A DNA stretch of 64,000 nt from Halorussus marinus (GTDB taxonomy: Archaea; Halobacteriota; Halobacteria; Halobacteriales; Haladaptataceae). Under the pieces are notes generated by a model. The model saw nothing but the letters and a program-made list of their open reading frames with translations, did no database searches and had not been told where the DNA came from. The stretch is from the NCBI RefSeq assembly GCF_004765795.1, contig NZ_SBIV01000001.1:1-64000 (forward strand), in the 5' to 3' direction. Shown piece after piece: positions 1 through 7,880 of this stretch; the stretch's first letter is position 1, and each line of letters begins with the position of its first letter. A program made the translations under genes and the position numbers.

Positions 1-2
1 GC

Positions 3-1445
3 GGGCGGTGCGTCTCGCTGATCGCGGAGTACCTCCCGCTCCAGGATGGCGGGTCGACGGTGTTCGACAAGGCGTTCGACGCCGAGGATGTCCTCGTCGA
101 GGACACCGATCCGGGGGAGTTCGACGTTGAACCGTACCGTGAGGTCATCGACGCGGTCGCGAGCCGCGACGACCCGGTGGACGTGCTGGTTGAGTCGGTC
201 GCACCGAGCCATCTCGGCGATCGTCACATCAAGGAGGCGCTGATCTGCCAGCTGGTCGGGGCGAACGCGCCGACGGGCGCCGACGGGAAGGACTACCGCG
301 GGCAGATTCACATGTTCCTGCTGGGTGATCCCGGCGCGGGCAAGACCGACTTCGGGGAGGCGCTGGTGCGGCTGGCGCCGCGTTCGCAGAAGTCGAGCGG
401 GAACGAGGGGACGTCGGCGGCCGGGTTGACGGCGGCGATCACTCGCGACGATTTCTCGGACGCGGAGTTCACGGTGACGGCGGGCGCGATCCCGAAGTGT
501 TCTGGCGGGGCGCTGTTCCTGGACGAACTCGACAGCGCTGGCGACCAGGAGCAGAACGCGCTGTTGGAGGCGATGGAGTCGGGCGTGATCAACATCGAGA
601 AGGCCGGGCAGAAGGCCACACTGGAGGCCGAGACGGCGATCCTCGCGGCGGGCAACCCGTCGGGCGGGCACTTCGATCCGGAGCGGTCGCCCGCGGAGCA
701 GACGAACGTGCTGTCGCCGCTGCTCGACCGGTTCGACCTGATCTTCTGTCCCGAGGAGAAGACCGATCCGGACGCGGTCGAGGCGATCGCGGACCACATC
801 ACCGCTGGTCGTGACGCCGCGCAACGCCGGGAGCTCGACAAGAACGTCCCCGAGTCGGCGGACGCGGTCGAGCCGGAGCTGTCGACCGAGGAACTCCGGG
901 CGTACTTGGCGGCGGCGCGGGAGAAACGGCCGGTGTTCGGGAGCGACGAGGTACGCCAGACGCTCCGGGACTGGTACGTTGAGGTGAAAACGCGGATCGT
1001 CCGCCAGGAGGACGAGGACGGTCGGGAGTATCCGGTGACCCCGCGCGCGGTTGGGGACATCGCGCGGCTGGCCGAGGCGTCGGCGAAGGCGCGGCTCTCA
1101 GACGAGATAGAGATGGTGGATGTCGAGCGGGCGACGCGGTTGAAGGGCCGGTCGTTCGCAGAGTTTGGGCTCGACCCGGGCGTCGAGGTCGTTGCGGACG
1201 ACGAGGACGGTGACGAGGGTGGGCTCGACCTCGCGGGGTCGACGCCGACCGCGACCATCACCGAGGTCGTCGACGATCTCACGCTTCAGGGCGCGGACTA
1301 CGGCGCGCCGCGCGAGCAGGTCGTTGCGCGGACAGTCGAGGCTGAGGACGACCTCGATCGAGAGGACGTTCAGGCGTTAGTTGAGGAGATGCTCGCGGCC
1401 GAGACGCTCGACGAGGTCGCGGACGATCGCATGATCAGCGTGTGA
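3..1445 (+). CDS. mcm: MCM-family replicative helicase, 5'-partial (AAA+ domain and C-terminal wHTH-like tail)
   Basis: Walker A GDPGAGKT, AAGLTAA motif, Walker B LFLDELD, hairpin INIEKAG, sensor I AAGNP, Arg finger LLDRFDL, sensor II TPR..ARLAEASAKARLS; frame is open to the window start. Confidence 0.9.
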   Translation, partial: GRCVSLIAEYLPLQDGGSTVFDKAFDAEDVLVEDTDPGEFDVEPYREVIDAVASRDDPVDVLVESVAPSHLGDRHIKEALICQLVGANAPTGADGKDYRGQIHMFLLGDPGAGKTDFGEALVRLAPRSQKSSGNEGTSAAGLTAAITRDDFSDAEFTVTAGAIPKCSGGALFLDELDSAGDQEQNALLEAMESGVINIEKAGQKATLEAETAILAAGNPSGGHFDPERSPAEQTNVLSPLLDRFDLIFCPEEKTDPDAVEAIADHITAGRDAAQRRELDKNVPESADAVEPELSTEELRAYLAAAREKRPVFGSDEVRQTLRDWYVEVKTRIVRQEDEDGREYPVTPRAVGDIARLAEASAKARLSDEIEMVDVERATRLKGRSFAEFGLDPGVEVVADDEDGDEGGLDLAGSTPTATITEVVDDLTLQGADYGAPREQVVARTVEAEDDLDREDVQALVEEMLAAETLDEVADDRMISV

Positions 1446-1607
1446 CCCGGTTTCGACGCGACCACATGGGGTTGCACATCTATAGAATCCATTGCCGAAA
1501 ATTGAACACATCTCTCTGACCTTTGACGACGGACGTGTTCAATTTTCGACCGCGACCAATTGCATAGACCCTCTTTGTCGCGCCGACCAGGGTGGATCAC
1601 CCACTTC

Positions 1608-1652
1608 TTTTATAAATAGCGAAGCTTTCAGTTGTTCCAGATTCCCCTGGAA
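1608..1652 (+). promoter_or_regulatory. TATA box plus inverted-repeat operator candidate upstream of the 1672 gene
   Basis: TTTTATAAATA at 1608-1618; TTCCAG-N6-CTGGAA at 1635-1652. Confidence 0.5.
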
Positions 1653-1671
1653 TCACGAGGTGTGTTCAAAA

Positions 1672-1965
1672 ATGGCCGACTCATATCGCTGGCGACTGTC
1701 TGGAAACCGAGACCTCCTTTTGGAGGACTTGGAGGATGCAACCGGAGAGAACACCAAAGCAAAGGCACTGGAGCGGGCCGTCCTCGGCTACCTCCGGTTG
1801 ACCGGGCAGAACGCGGTTACCTCTGGCGCAGGCGCGTTTGAGGAACTACTGGCGACCGCCGATGAACGTGGGAGCCTGAATGCAGAGGAAATCGCCGAAA
1901 TCCTTGCGACTGACGAACTCCCGATCGAGTACGAGCCCGCCACTTGGTCTGTCGGCGAAGAGTAA
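1672..1965 (+). CDS. Small putative DNA-binding protein (RHH/CopG-like N-terminus), 97 aa
   Basis: ATG 1672 downstream of a TATA box; SYRWRLSGNRDLLLEDLEDATGENTKAKALERAV fits strand-helix-helix; acidic composition. Confidence 0.6.
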   Translation: MADSYRWRLSGNRDLLLEDLEDATGENTKAKALERAVLGYLRLTGQNAVTSGAGAFEELLATADERGSLNAEEIAEILATDELPIEYEPATWSVGEE

Positions 1966-1998
1966 GAAAACGTTCGGCCACGCGCATTATGCGCGGGA

Positions 1999-2316
1999 TC
2001 AGATGAGGCCCTGGTTCATCGCCCACCTACCAATGATCAGAAGGAGAAACAGGACCATGACTACGTCAAATGTGTCGATTTCGTCGGTATCGAGTACGCT
2101 GTTCCCGGGTTGAGGAGGATTCTTCGCGGTCCCTGCCACAGTCTGTAGTTCTTGGCTGACCTTGCTTTCGCTGACCTTCTGCTCGTACTTCCGGCGGACT
2201 TCGCCGACCCACTCCTCCGAGCAGTCGAGTATCTCGGCGATCTCCTCGTTGGTCATCTCGGGGTTCTCTACCGCGAGCGTGAGAATGTCCTCCTGGAGGT
2301 CGGTCAGTTCAATCAT
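1999..2316 (-). CDS. HTH protein with C-terminal transmembrane segment
   Basis: LTDLQEDIL..NPEMTNEEIAEILDCSEEWVGEVRRKY HTH; C-terminal VVMVLFLLLIIGRW; GGAGG upstream of ATG 2316. Confidence 0.7.
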   Translation of the reverse strand: MIELTDLQEDILTLAVENPEMTNEEIAEILDCSEEWVGEVRRKYEQKVSESKVSQELQTVAGTAKNPPQPGNSVLDTDEIDTFDVVMVLFLLLIIGRWAMNQGLI

Positions 2317-2574
2317 CGTGCCGCCCTCCGACGAACGCAAGATTGACGGGACTGGTAGCTCTCGCTTTCAATGCGGGTGGTTCGGCCACCCTCAAACATG
2401 TCCTTCCGCATACGACCCACCTAGCAGTATTTTGACTTGAATTTTATCTTAGAGGATGTTCATGCACCACTGGAATTATTAGATGAATCCTGAGTTTGGA
2501 CTTCCACCTGAATCGTAGGATAAGTTAATATCTGCGCAGGGATTTATAAGTAAGTCGTTAGTACCGGCCCGTAT

Positions 2575-3582
2575 ATGATCACGGACGCCCGAGCACTTCG
2601 CCAAGATCACGTCCCCCAAGAGCTGCATCATCGGGAAGGGAAAATCGACGAGATCTCGTCTGCCCTCAAGCCCGTATCAAACGACGATCCTGGTGAAGAC
2701 ATCCTGATCCATGGAAAGAGTGGGACTGGCAAAACCACTATCGCGAAGTACGTTCTCGATCATCTCAAGCGCGAAACCCTCGATGTCGAGTGGGGGTACA
2801 CGAATTGCATCTCGAACGCGTCGAAAACCGATATTCTCTACTCGTTGCTCCGAGACACCGACCGAGGCGCGGATCTCCGAAAGGAGGGTACCTCGGCGTC
2901 GACGTTCCTTGATCGTCTCCAAGAGATCGACGGTCAGTTCGTCGCGATCCTCGACGAGGTCGACGTCGTCGACGATATGACTACGCTACTCTCGCTCTAC
3001 GAGCTGTCGAACGTCACGATGGTCCTGATTTGCGTCGACGAGGATCGACTCTTCCGCGACCTCGACATCCGTGTGGACTCTCGGCTCCGGTCGGCCCAGA
3101 AAGTCGAACTCGATCCCTACGACAATGACGAACTCGCCGACATCCTGTGGGGCCGCGCCGAGGCGGGCCTGGAGTTCGGCGCGATCAACGACAAGACCAT
3201 CAACTACATCGCCGACATTGCCGCGGGCGACGCTCGGCTCGCGATCGCGCTGCTCCGGCAGTCCGCACGGTACGTCGAGGACACGGACATCGAGGACCGG
3301 ATTACCGTCGGCGTCGTAAACCGCATCGCCGACGATGCGAAGGCGGACATCGCTACACGGTACGTCGAGAAGCTCTCAACACATCAGCGGATTCTCTACG
3401 AGATCATCGCGGACGCGGGCGAGATTAGCGGTGGCGACCTGCACTCGAAGTACGAGCACCGAGCGACGGAGCCGAAAGGGAAGTCGATGCGCCGGAAGTA
3501 TCTCCAGTCGATGAGCCGCGAGGATCTAATCGAGAAAGAGGGCGAGGGCCGTGGGCGACGGTACCGGCTCATCGATCATTGA
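2575..3582 (+). CDS. orc1/cdc6: Orc1/Cdc6 family replication initiator
   Basis: MITDARAL...P..L.HRE N-terminus, Walker A GKSGTGKTT, Walker B ILDEVD, GDARLAI sensor II, C-terminal wHTH; TTTATAA at 2543-2549 suggests a leaderless start. Confidence 0.93.
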   Translation: MITDARALRQDHVPQELHHREGKIDEISSALKPVSNDDPGEDILIHGKSGTGKTTIAKYVLDHLKRETLDVEWGYTNCISNASKTDILYSLLRDTDRGADLRKEGTSASTFLDRLQEIDGQFVAILDEVDVVDDMTTLLSLYELSNVTMVLICVDEDRLFRDLDIRVDSRLRSAQKVELDPYDNDELADILWGRAEAGLEFGAINDKTINYIADIAAGDARLAIALLRQSARYVEDTDIEDRITVGVVNRIADDAKADIATRYVEKLSTHQRILYEIIADAGEISGGDLHSKYEHRATEPKGKSMRRKYLQSMSREDLIEKEGEGRGRRYRLIDH

Positions 3583-3583
3583 T

Positions 3584-3713
3584 TTCCGATAATTCGATAA
3601 TCGACAGAGGGCTGTACTTCCGATAATTTCCGATAATTTCCGACAACGATGATAGAGGCGCTCTTCCCTCCGTGTAGCGGTAAATAGGTCGCTTTCGATT
3701 TACTTCCGATAAT
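3584..3713 (+). repeat. TTCCGATAAT direct repeats (iteron/operator-like)
   Basis: Perfect copies at 3584, 3618, 3628 and 3704; degenerate copies at 3593 (TTCGATAAT) and 3638 (TTCCGACAAC). Confidence 0.85.
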
Positions 3714-3755
3714 GACCGCCCCAGCGCTATATAACAGTGGTTTCTCGCTTCGCGT

Positions 3756-4019
3756 ATGCCGGTACAAACGACAGACACGGCGACTGTTCGGCTCCCCAAC
3801 GATCGGAAGGCGACCGTCGAGAAAAAGAACACGCGGTCGAGCTACTCGGCGCGGGTCAGCGTCTCGCTTGACCGAGAGTGGGTGTTCGGCGTCGACGACG
3901 ATCGGTACGCCGAGCTGCTCGCGACCTACAACGAGCGCGGCGACCTCGCGACCGTCCCGATCCCCGACTGGATGCCCTACGTTCTGGACGAGATCGGGCT
4001 GGAGGGATTCGACGCGTGA
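3756..4019 (+). CDS. Hypothetical protein, 87 aa
   Basis: Acidic ORF with haloarchaeal codon usage; TATATAA about 22-28 nt upstream of the ATG. Confidence 0.7.
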   Translation: MPVQTTDTATVRLPNDRKATVEKKNTRSSYSARVSVSLDREWVFGVDDDRYAELLATYNERGDLATVPIPDWMPYVLDEIGLEGFDA

Positions 4020-4024
4020 TTTGC

Positions 4025-4288
4025 TTAGCTCTCAACCTCAAGCTCGGTAAATACCCGCTCCCCCTTGAGATACGCTTTCCCTCTATCAGTCAAGACGTAG
4101 ACTCCATTCCCGATGTTCTCCAAAAGGCCGTGGTTTGTGAGCACACGACATCGGTTTCCGACATGTTGAGAACCGTATGGGATTCGTTCATCCGAAGCAA
4201 TCTTCGAGGGAATCAGTGGGCCTTCCTCAGAAATAAGTTCCAGAATCCTATCGTCAAGAAGAATCATCCATCGCGGAGAGACGCGCAT
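4025..4288 (-). CDS. PhiH1-repressor-like winged-helix regulator
   Basis: MRVSPRWMILLDDRILELISEEG...V.NRCRVL..HGLLENIGNGVYVLTDRGKAYLKGE is typical of halovirus repressors. Confidence 0.85.
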   Translation of the reverse strand: MRVSPRWMILLDDRILELISEEGPLIPSKIASDERIPYGSQHVGNRCRVLTNHGLLENIGNGVYVLTDRGKAYLKGERVFTELEVES

Positions 4289-4525
4289 ACTATCGAAGTA
4301 TCGGGCAAGGGTGTTATATGCGGGGTTGAGGATACGATAATAATTTCCCATCCGACTATAGAACCACTTGGGAAAACTATAATACCCCGTAGAATACAAT
4401 CATATCATCACGGAACCGACACGCGGACCCGTCGCTCGCCGATGGGTCCATCTCGAAAACGAAGCGGTCCCCGATGTTGGTGGCATCGGGTCCGCGTTAG
4501 GTCCCGTATCCGTGGTACGGAACCC
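4289..4525. promoter_or_regulatory. Divergent promoter (genetic-switch) region with structured leader
   Basis: AT-rich; TATA-like GTTATATG (~4313-4320) for the repressor and CTATAATA (~4377-4384) rightward; TTTCCCA/TGGGAAA inverted repeat at 4344-4375; hairpins at 4421-4525. Confidence 0.65.
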
Positions 4526-5695
4526 ATGTACGACAATATCTTCCGGGGTCTTGAAAGCCCCGAACGAGACGGCGACGGATCGGAGTTCAACTGTCCTTTC
4601 TGTGGCCGCACAGTGTCGGGTCTCAACTCGGAGGGGCCGGACGCGCACAGCTTCGAACCGTGCGGGTGCTCGACGGGCGAGACGACAGCGCGCGAGCTCG
4701 GCGACAGCAGGCCGCGCGTGATGACCGACGGCGGTGTGGCGCGCGGTCACTCCGAGCCGACTGCGGCGAAGAACTACCCGAACGGCCGGTGCCGTGGGAT
4801 CTCGAAGGCGGCAGGGCGACGGTGCCGGAACTCGGCGGGACACGGTCCGACCGGGTCGCTGTGCGCGACGCACGCACTCGAAAGCTCACCGGTGACCATT
4901 GACAGCGACCCGGAGACGTTGATCCGGGAGGTGTCGGAGACGTTTCCGGCGCGGTGCCGGGCGATCGAGCACGACGGCGACCGCTGCACGACGGGGTGTG
5001 GAGCGACCGACCGGTTCTGCGCGCTCCACGAGACGATCAAGGTGCCTGAGGTGGTCGACCAGCTCGACGCGGGCGAACTCGACGTGGTGCTGATCAAGAA
5101 CGCGCTGTCGGCGGCGCGGGGGAGCGACGGGCGGCGGGCAATGACCGACGGCGGGGAAGAGACCGCCGACCAACTTACGCGGCTTGACTGTCCCAATTGC
5201 GAGGACGCCGTTGATGCACGGTATCTCGGGACTGCCCACACCGACGAACACGACGGCCACATCGTCGGCTGGGAGTGCACCGAGTGCGACACAGAACTTC
5301 AGGAACATGTCGACCGCCGCGGTAGTTCCTTCGACCTCGAAGTAGTTGGCGATGAGTCCAGTGCGGAGGCCGAATCTGACGAGACTCGAACCGATGGCGG
5401 TCTTGACACGCGGAGGCTTCGCGTCGGCCCGGCGCGGACGGTCGCCTACGGTCCTGCCGGAGCTAATTCTGGCGAGTGGGCGCTCCGGTTCACGTCGGAG
5501 GACGGCGAGCGCGTGGTGGTCCGACTCGAGGAGGATTCGATGTACGAGCTCTGGACCGAGGTTCACAACGTGCCGTGGCCGAGCCGTGAGGATTCGCGTC
5601 ACGACCTTCAGCGGGAGATCGTCGCTCGGGCGGAGCGTGCGGACGAGGAGATGCTCCGGGACGTCCTCGATGTCCTCGGTGGTGAGTCGACGTGA
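4526..5695 (+). CDS. Modular multi-Zn-finger protein with three TDGG-delimited junctions, 389 aa
   Basis: Likely start MYDNIF at 4526; CPFC..CGC, two C-x10-C-xn-C-x2-H units, CPNC..CTEC; VMTDGG, AMTDGG, TRTDGG. Confidence 0.75.
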   Translation: MYDNIFRGLESPERDGDGSEFNCPFCGRTVSGLNSEGPDAHSFEPCGCSTGETTARELGDSRPRVMTDGGVARGHSEPTAAKNYPNGRCRGISKAAGRRCRNSAGHGPTGSLCATHALESSPVTIDSDPETLIREVSETFPARCRAIEHDGDRCTTGCGATDRFCALHETIKVPEVVDQLDAGELDVVLIKNALSAARGSDGRRAMTDGGEETADQLTRLDCPNCEDAVDARYLGTAHTDEHDGHIVGWECTECDTELQEHVDRRGSSFDLEVVGDESSAEAESDETRTDGGLDTRRLRVGPARTVAYGPAGANSGEWALRFTSEDGERVVVRLEEDSMYELWTEVHNVPWPSREDSRHDLQREIVARAERADEEMLRDVLDVLGGEST

Positions 5696-5895
5696 GTTCG
5701 ACGCGGCCAACGGGCGACCCGCGGATGACGGTCGACCGCGTCGAGGCGTGCGACGACTGCGAAGGCGAGATGCCGCACTCGGTGACGATCGAGATGCGGG
5801 CGGAGGGCGCTTCGATATTCTCGCGCGAGCCGTATCGGGTGGCTGAGTGTCTGGAGTGCGGGTGCGAAACGACATGGAGGATGAACAATGCCTGA
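5692..5895 (+). CDS. Small CxxC..CxxC Zn-ribbon protein of the haloarchaeal FSREPYRV..RMNNA type
   Basis: CDDC...H.V.IE...FSREPYRVAECLECG...RMNNA; GTGA overlap with the upstream stop. Confidence 0.8.
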   Translation: MSSTRPTGDPRMTVDRVEACDDCEGEMPHSVTIEMRAEGASIFSREPYRVAECLECGCETTWRMNNA

Positions 5896-6184
5896 ATCTA
5901 TCGACCAGGACGACAGCGACGGCGACGATCAGATCATCGAAGGCGAGACGGCGACGATCACGGTCCGGCGGATGGGACCGCTCGCATCCCGCGAGTACGA
6001 GATCGAGCTCGACGGTGGGCTACCGCTCGGGACGATCAAGCAGGAAGCCCGTGAGAAGGCTCACGAGGACGGCCTCGACGTGTTCCAAGTCACGCAGGTC
6101 AACGAGAAGATGCTGCGCCAGATTGGCGGCGGGTTCTACGACACCCAGCCCGAGGACCAAGGGCCGGGAGGTGAGTCGGCGTGA
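5888..6184 (+). CDS. Hypothetical protein, 98 aa
   Basis: GGAGG upstream of the ATG; overlaps both neighbours; acidic. Confidence 0.7.
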   Translation: MPESIDQDDSDGDDQIIEGETATITVRRMGPLASREYEIELDGGLPLGTIKQEAREKAHEDGLDVFQVTQVNEKMLRQIGGGFYDTQPEDQGPGGESA

Positions 6185-6762
6185 CGCTTGACTGGCCTGC
6201 GGGATTCGATCGGACGCCGTCGGTGGAGCGCGAGCGGAACCACAGCTTTCAGGCGACGCTCGGTCAGACGACGGAAGACCTCGCGACCGAGATGGAGCGC
6301 CTCGATCCCGACGACTGGCGAGCGGAGATCGGGAACCAGCACACCAAGTCGAACGGGCTCCCGCTGCACAATGCGAACCCGGACGATCCCGGCTTCGTCC
6401 TGCGGTGGCGCATGGACGGCGAGGAGTTCGCGGTCGCCTGCGACGAGTCGCCGCGACTGCGAGATAACGTTCGGACGGTCTATCTGTGGGTTCACGAGAC
6501 GCGGATGCGGAACCAGCGGACAGTTCAGACCGGTGAGGACGAGTTTGCGGCGGCTCGGCTGCCGTCGGGCGATTCCGAGGCCGACGCGGTCGTGGCTCGC
6601 GAACCGCTCCACGAGGTCCTCGACGTCGCGCCGGACGCTGACGAGGCGGTCGTCGAGGCTGCGGCGCGCCAGCTGAAGAAGAAGCACCACCCGGATGCGG
6701 GTGGGGACGAATCGCGGTTCAAGCAGGTTGTCGACGCGGAGGAGGCGATGCTCGGTGAGTGA
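6181..6762 (+). CDS. Virus-type protein with C-terminal DnaJ (J) domain
   Basis: LDWPAGFDRTP N-terminus; HEVLDV...KKHHPDAGG with HPD motif; GGAGGTGA SD. Confidence 0.85.
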   Translation: MTLDWPAGFDRTPSVERERNHSFQATLGQTTEDLATEMERLDPDDWRAEIGNQHTKSNGLPLHNANPDDPGFVLRWRMDGEEFAVACDESPRLRDNVRTVYLWVHETRMRNQRTVQTGEDEFAAARLPSGDSEADAVVAREPLHEVLDVAPDADEAVVEAAARQLKKKHHPDAGGDESRFKQVVDAEEAMLGE

Positions 6763-7789
6763 AGACCTGGAACCGCTCCCGCCGGCGCAGGCGGTGAACT
6801 TGTACCTGAACCACCGCGAGCCGGAACTGTCGGAGAAGTCGGTGGAGAACCAGCGCTACCGGCTGGACGCGTTCATCGCATTCTGCCAAGAGGAGCACAT
6901 CGAGAACATGAACGAGTTGACCGGCCGCGATCTCCACCGGTACCGTGTCTGGCGTCGGAACGGAGAAGGTGACGGGTACGACGACGATGGCGTTTCGAAG
7001 ACGACGCTTCGGACGAATCTCGCTACGCTCCGCGTCTTCTTGGAGTTCTGCGCGGGGATTGACGCGGTCGAGCAGGGGATGCGCGAGCGCGTTCTTCTCC
7101 CAGAGCTCGACCCCGAGGAGGAAGCGAAGGAGGAGAGAGTGTCCGAGGACCGCGCGGAAGCGATCCTCGAACACGTTAACCGATTCCACTACGCGAGCCG
7201 CGACCACGTGATCCTCGCGCTGCTGTGGCACACGGGCATCCGTCTGGGAAGCCTGCGCGCGTTCGACGTGGACGACTTCGACCCGGACTCCCCCTGCCTC
7301 GAACTCCGTCATCGTCCGGAGTCGGGAACGCCGTTGAAGAACGGGCAGGCCGCGAACCGGACGATCGCGGTCGGCGAGCACTACGCCGAGGTACTCCAGA
7401 ATTACATCGCGCATAACCGCCACGATGTGACCGACGAGGACGGCCGCGAGCCACTGATCACGAGCAGTCAGGGCCGACTTACGGAGACCCCGATCCGCCG
7501 GACGGTGTACCAGTGGACGCGGCCGTGCATGGTCGCGGACTGTCCGCACGACGAGGACCCGGAGGAGTGTGTGTACATGATCCGCGACCGCGCGAGCCAG
7601 TGTCCTTCGTCGCGGTCACCTCACGGTATCCGACGCGGCGCGATCACGAAGCATCTCCGCGACGGCACCCCCGAAGAGATCGTCACGGATCGATGCAACG
7701 TGAGCAGTGACGTTCTCGACCAGCACTACGATCAGCGAACGGAACGCGAGAAAATGGAGCTCCGTCGCGAGTTCCTCGAAGACGCATGA
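6755..7789 (+). CDS. int: Tyrosine recombinase/integrase, SNJ2-like family
   Basis: GTG start (VSEDLEPL); TGIRLG (R), LKNG (K), HGIRR (HxxR), DQHYD (Y); Cys-rich insert CMVADCPH..C..C. Confidence 0.92.
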   Translation: MSEDLEPLPPAQAVNLYLNHREPELSEKSVENQRYRLDAFIAFCQEEHIENMNELTGRDLHRYRVWRRNGEGDGYDDDGVSKTTLRTNLATLRVFLEFCAGIDAVEQGMRERVLLPELDPEEEAKEERVSEDRAEAILEHVNRFHYASRDHVILALLWHTGIRLGSLRAFDVDDFDPDSPCLELRHRPESGTPLKNGQAANRTIAVGEHYAEVLQNYIAHNRHDVTDEDGREPLITSSQGRLTETPIRRTVYQWTRPCMVADCPHDEDPEECVYMIRDRASQCPSSRSPHGIRRGAITKHLRDGTPEEIVTDRCNVSSDVLDQHYDQRTEREKMELRREFLEDA

Positions 7790-7867
7790 TTTCGAGCAAT
7801 TCTCCCACCACGACGAGCGAGACTCGGCATGGAATCAGAACCCGCGCTATCCCCGAGAAGTTCACTA

Positions 7868-7880
7868 CCCGGCGAGTCCA
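7868..7880 (+). other. Putative att site: copy of the 3' end of tRNA-Ala (CCCGGCGAGTCCA)
   Basis: About 80 bp after the int stop; matches the recalled haloarchaeal tRNA-Ala 3' end GTTCAAATCCCGGCGAGTCCA; preceded by T-loop-like GTTCACTA. Confidence 0.7.

Larger units (their letters stand above)
1..7880. mobile_element. Integrated virus/plasmid-like element (right part; left end outside the window), SNJ2-type integrase, probably inserted in tRNA-Ala
   Basis: Cluster of MCM, Orc1/Cdc6, phiH1-like repressor, Zn-finger genes, J-domain gene and a terminal tyrosine integrase; AT-richer patches at ~1450-4420; tRNA 3'-end-like sequence at 7868-7880. Confidence 0.88.

Noticed and set aside
3584..3713. 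Possible CRISPR array
   Set aside because: Repeats are only 10 bp, partly contiguous, with no regular unique spacers and no cas genes
3878..4525. 5' part of the 605-aa ORF 3878..5695
   Set aside because: Overlaps the 87-aa gene, the antisense repressor and the promoter region; composition is not halophilic; the real start is probably ATG 4526
1..7880. Defence system or virion structural genes in the element
   Set aside because: No recognisable nuclease, methylase, toxin, capsid or spike motifs in the visible part
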